From positions 1 through 50,035 of IMG/VR virus record IMGVR_UViG_3300037963_003349: a DNA stretch of 50,035 nucleotides; one strand, given 5' to 3'. The stretch comes from a virus (taxonomy: Duplodnaviria > Caudoviricetes). The notes beneath the pieces are model-generated. The model saw only the letters and a program-made list of their open reading frames with translations. It made no database searches and had not been told where the DNA came from. The position numbers and the translations under genes are program-made. Shown piece after piece: positions 48,176 to 50,035 of this stretch (its first letter is position 1; every line of letters begins with the position of its first letter).

Positions 48176-48351
48176 TATATTATTTTTTCTTCCCTACTAT
48201 CCCAAGTTTCTATTATGTCATTGTATAGTATCTCAGGAGTCCAAGGATCAGAATGAAAACAACTATTAGCAATTTCTCTAATTGTTTTTTCTCCTTCGCC
48301 TACATCTGTACCTAACCAATACCTTACCATTTCTAATGTGATTTTTTTCAT
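48175..48351 (-). CDS. 58-aa hypothetical protein
   Basis: Hand-read MKKITLEMVRYWLGTD...; exactly fills the gap with coupled stops/starts. Confidence 0.6.
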   Translation of the reverse strand: MKKITLEMVRYWLGTDVGEGEKTIREIANSCFHSDPWTPEILYNDIIETWDSREEKII

Positions 48352-48545
48352 TTTGTTTCTGTTCCTGGAATTGGATGAGGTTGAAAAGGAAACTTTTCTT
48401 TGCTTACTATCTTAGCTATTTCGTCTGTTGTATATTTTTGCTTTATAGTTTCTTCTATTATCCATTCTATTCTCTCTTCATATCTTTGACAAGAGGTATA
48501 GAGATCGTCTTTTAATGCTTGCAGTTCTTCAATGATGTGTTTCAT
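48348..48545 (-). CDS. Hypothetical protein
   Basis: 65-aa ORF, coupled to the resolvase gene. Confidence 0.65.
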   Translation of the reverse strand: MKHIIEELQALKDDLYTSCQRYEERIEWIIEETIKQKYTTDEIAKIVSKEKFPFQPHPIPGTETK

Positions 48546-48847
48546 TATCCTTTTAATTTCTTTATTAGGTCTAAAAATGTATTCATTGGCATTAAGGCAT
48601 ACGTGTCTCCACGATCTTCCCTGAATGCTACTATATCCGTATGTTCACACTTCAAGAACTTTGCAATAGATTTCCTACGCTTTGCTTGAACTGTGTATTC
48701 TTCGATTTTGCAATCCACTTCTTCATGGCAACCCATGGCTTTCCCATTAGATCCCCACGCTCTTTGTGCTTGCAGCCCCCACTCCTTTGCGAGGGCTACA
48801 AGTTCATTTTCGAAACGATTACCTTTTTGTTTACTTGGATGTGACAT
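48545..48847 (-). CDS. Holliday junction resolvase (Hjc-like PD-(D/E)xK nuclease)
   Basis: SKQKGNRFENEL...AQRAWGS...VD...VQAKRRK. Confidence 0.8.
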   Translation of the reverse strand: MSHPSKQKGNRFENELVALAKEWGLQAQRAWGSNGKAMGCHEEVDCKIEEYTVQAKRRKSIAKFLKCEHTDIVAFREDRGDTYALMPMNTFLDLIKKLKG

Positions 48848-49079
48848 ATTTCTCCTTAAACTCTTTTATGTCTTTTAAGCATTGTTTATAATTCAATACT
48901 CCATCTCTCCAATAAGAACAATTATCACAACCTTCTATTCTAATATCGCAAAAACAAACAGATTCTTTTTCTTCTGATAGAGTATTTATTCTATCATTGC
49001 AAGCTATAGAATAATGTTCTAATACAATTTCAATAGCTTCATCTTTGCTTTTGTTTTTAAATAGACTTACGGTAGCCAT
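48831..49079 (-). CDS. Hypothetical Cys-rich protein
   Basis: 82-aa ORF with CFC...CDNC. Confidence 0.6.
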   Translation of the reverse strand: MATVSLFKNKSKDEAIEIVLEHYSIACNDRINTLSEEKESVCFCDIRIEGCDNCSYWRDGVLNYKQCLKDIKEFKEKYVTSK

Positions 49080-49291
49080 TTATCCCATCTATGTAATGTG
49101 AAGGATATTTCCATTGGCCCTAATCCTACTCCTGCCATAATATGTTCTCCATTAACTGCATGAATACCTACAGATAGGTTTATTATCCAAAGCAATACAA
49201 CTGATGTCATAAAGCCTGTATCTTCTTTCTTCCATTTGTACTTTAATAAGCCACTAAATACATCAACTGTCATGTTGGTAATAAGTCCCAT
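49067..49291 (-). CDS. Hypothetical protein
   Basis: 74-aa ORF overlapping the helicase stop. Confidence 0.6.
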   Translation of the reverse strand: MGLITNMTVDVFSGLLKYKWKKEDTGFMTSVVLLWIINLSVGIHAVNGEHIMAGVGLGPMEISFTLHRWDKWLP

Positions 49292-50031
49292 TTAAAGGTT
49301 CTTGGTTGAAACTCGAAACGCATTTTAATCATACTTTCATCACGTGATTTCTCACTGGTTACGTATCGAATCAATTCATTTCTATTGCCATTAATAACGA
49401 TAACTTTATCTGCTTTCTGCACTACAGTAGAACTGCCTTTAGCAGAATGCAAACTAACTTCGTTATTCTTAGCACTTTCCTTATTGACATGGTGAATGCC
49501 AATGATAATTGTATCTTGATTGATAGCTATTTTCTTTAGAGTATTGATAATGGTATTCATTTTATCGAATTCATTATGCACTCTATCTACCATCAAAGCA
49601 TCTGTTGTATCTACCACAATAACTTTAGGCCTTATTTCAGCAACCGTCTTTTCTAGTCTGTCTATGCTTAATGGATCATCTACAATCCTGATATGTTTAA
49701 ACTCACGATTGAAACTAGATTTGCCTTCATCTTGACATGTATCGTTAATAGTAGCTTTATTTAAACCATGTGTCATTTGACTAAAACGTCTAAACATTTG
49801 CTTTCTATCTACTTCCAATGAAAGAAACAGACAAGACATGTGAGGTAGTCTAGCAACTAGATTTTGTACAAATGCAGTTTTCCCTAAACCAGTGTCACCT
49901 AGTACAATAACCAATTCCCCTGGAAGTACTTTATAGTTTTTATTGGTTTCCCAAATTTCCTTAAAGTCAAAAGAACTATCTTTAAAATCCTGTTTAATCC
50001 AGTTTTGATATTCTTCTTCCAGTTGTTCCAT
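49270..50031 (-). CDS. Primase-helicase fusion, C-terminal SF4 (DnaB/RecA-like) helicase domain
   Basis: Walker A GDTGLGKT, H1a FLSLEV, Walker B VVVDT, H3 IGIHHVN, H4 KGSSTVVQKADKVI, arginine-finger-like KSR. Confidence 0.9.
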   Translation of the reverse strand: MEQLEEEYQNWIKQDFKDSSFDFKEIWETNKNYKVLPGELVIVLGDTGLGKTAFVQNLVARLPHMSCLFLSLEVDRKQMFRRFSQMTHGLNKATINDTCQDEGKSSFNREFKHIRIVDDPLSIDRLEKTVAEIRPKVIVVDTTDALMVDRVHNEFDKMNTIINTLKKIAINQDTIIIGIHHVNKESAKNNEVSLHSAKGSSTVVQKADKVIVINGNRNELIRYVTSEKSRDESMIKMRFEFQPRTFKWDLLPT

Positions 50032-50034
50032 ATC
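49937..50034. repeat. Terminal direct overlap, right copy
   Basis: Identical to 1-98; implies a circular unit of 49,936 bp. Confidence 0.95.
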
Positions 50035-50035
50035 C

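Noticed and set aside
1-50035. Stop-codon reassignment as in some crAss-like phages
   Set aside because: Genes up to 11 kb are open in the standard code, TAA, TAG and TGA all end genes, and there is no suppressor tRNA.

Overview
The window appears to be a complete, circularly permuted phage genome of about 49.9 kb. Bases 1-98 repeat at 49937-50034, and one gene runs in frame across that junction. It looks like a temperate podovirus-type Caudoviricetes. The late module is on the + strand (about 10.4-45.3 kb): terminase, P22-like portal, scaffold, capsid, adaptor/tail proteins, a LamG tail fibre, a lysis cassette with an M15 endolysin, a metallophosphoesterase, a nozzle-like protein, ejection proteins and a 3680-aa virion protein. 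That giant protein carries, in order, the motifs of a single-chain two-barrel RNA polymerase of the crAss/YonO/QDE-1 type (DG, KP...K, SxxK, RxP, DxDGD), plus an HExxH zincin module. Next come an attP-like region containing only the 5' two-thirds of a tRNA-Leu(UAA), flanked by CGCTACAA repeats, and a tyrosine integrase. The early module is on the - strand (10.2 kb to 1, then 49.9 to 46.6 kb): many small genes, ParB, DUF932, Erf, an SSB-like protein, an AEP primase-[4-Cys PriL-like]-SF4 helicase fusion and an Hjc-like resolvase, with one divergent HTH repressor. I found no DNA polymerase. The early intergenic gaps hold about a dozen stem-closed elements whose G-U pairs favour the - strand RNA, and many show anti-Shine-Dalgarno-like loops. 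All functional calls come from reading motifs by eye; no searches were run.
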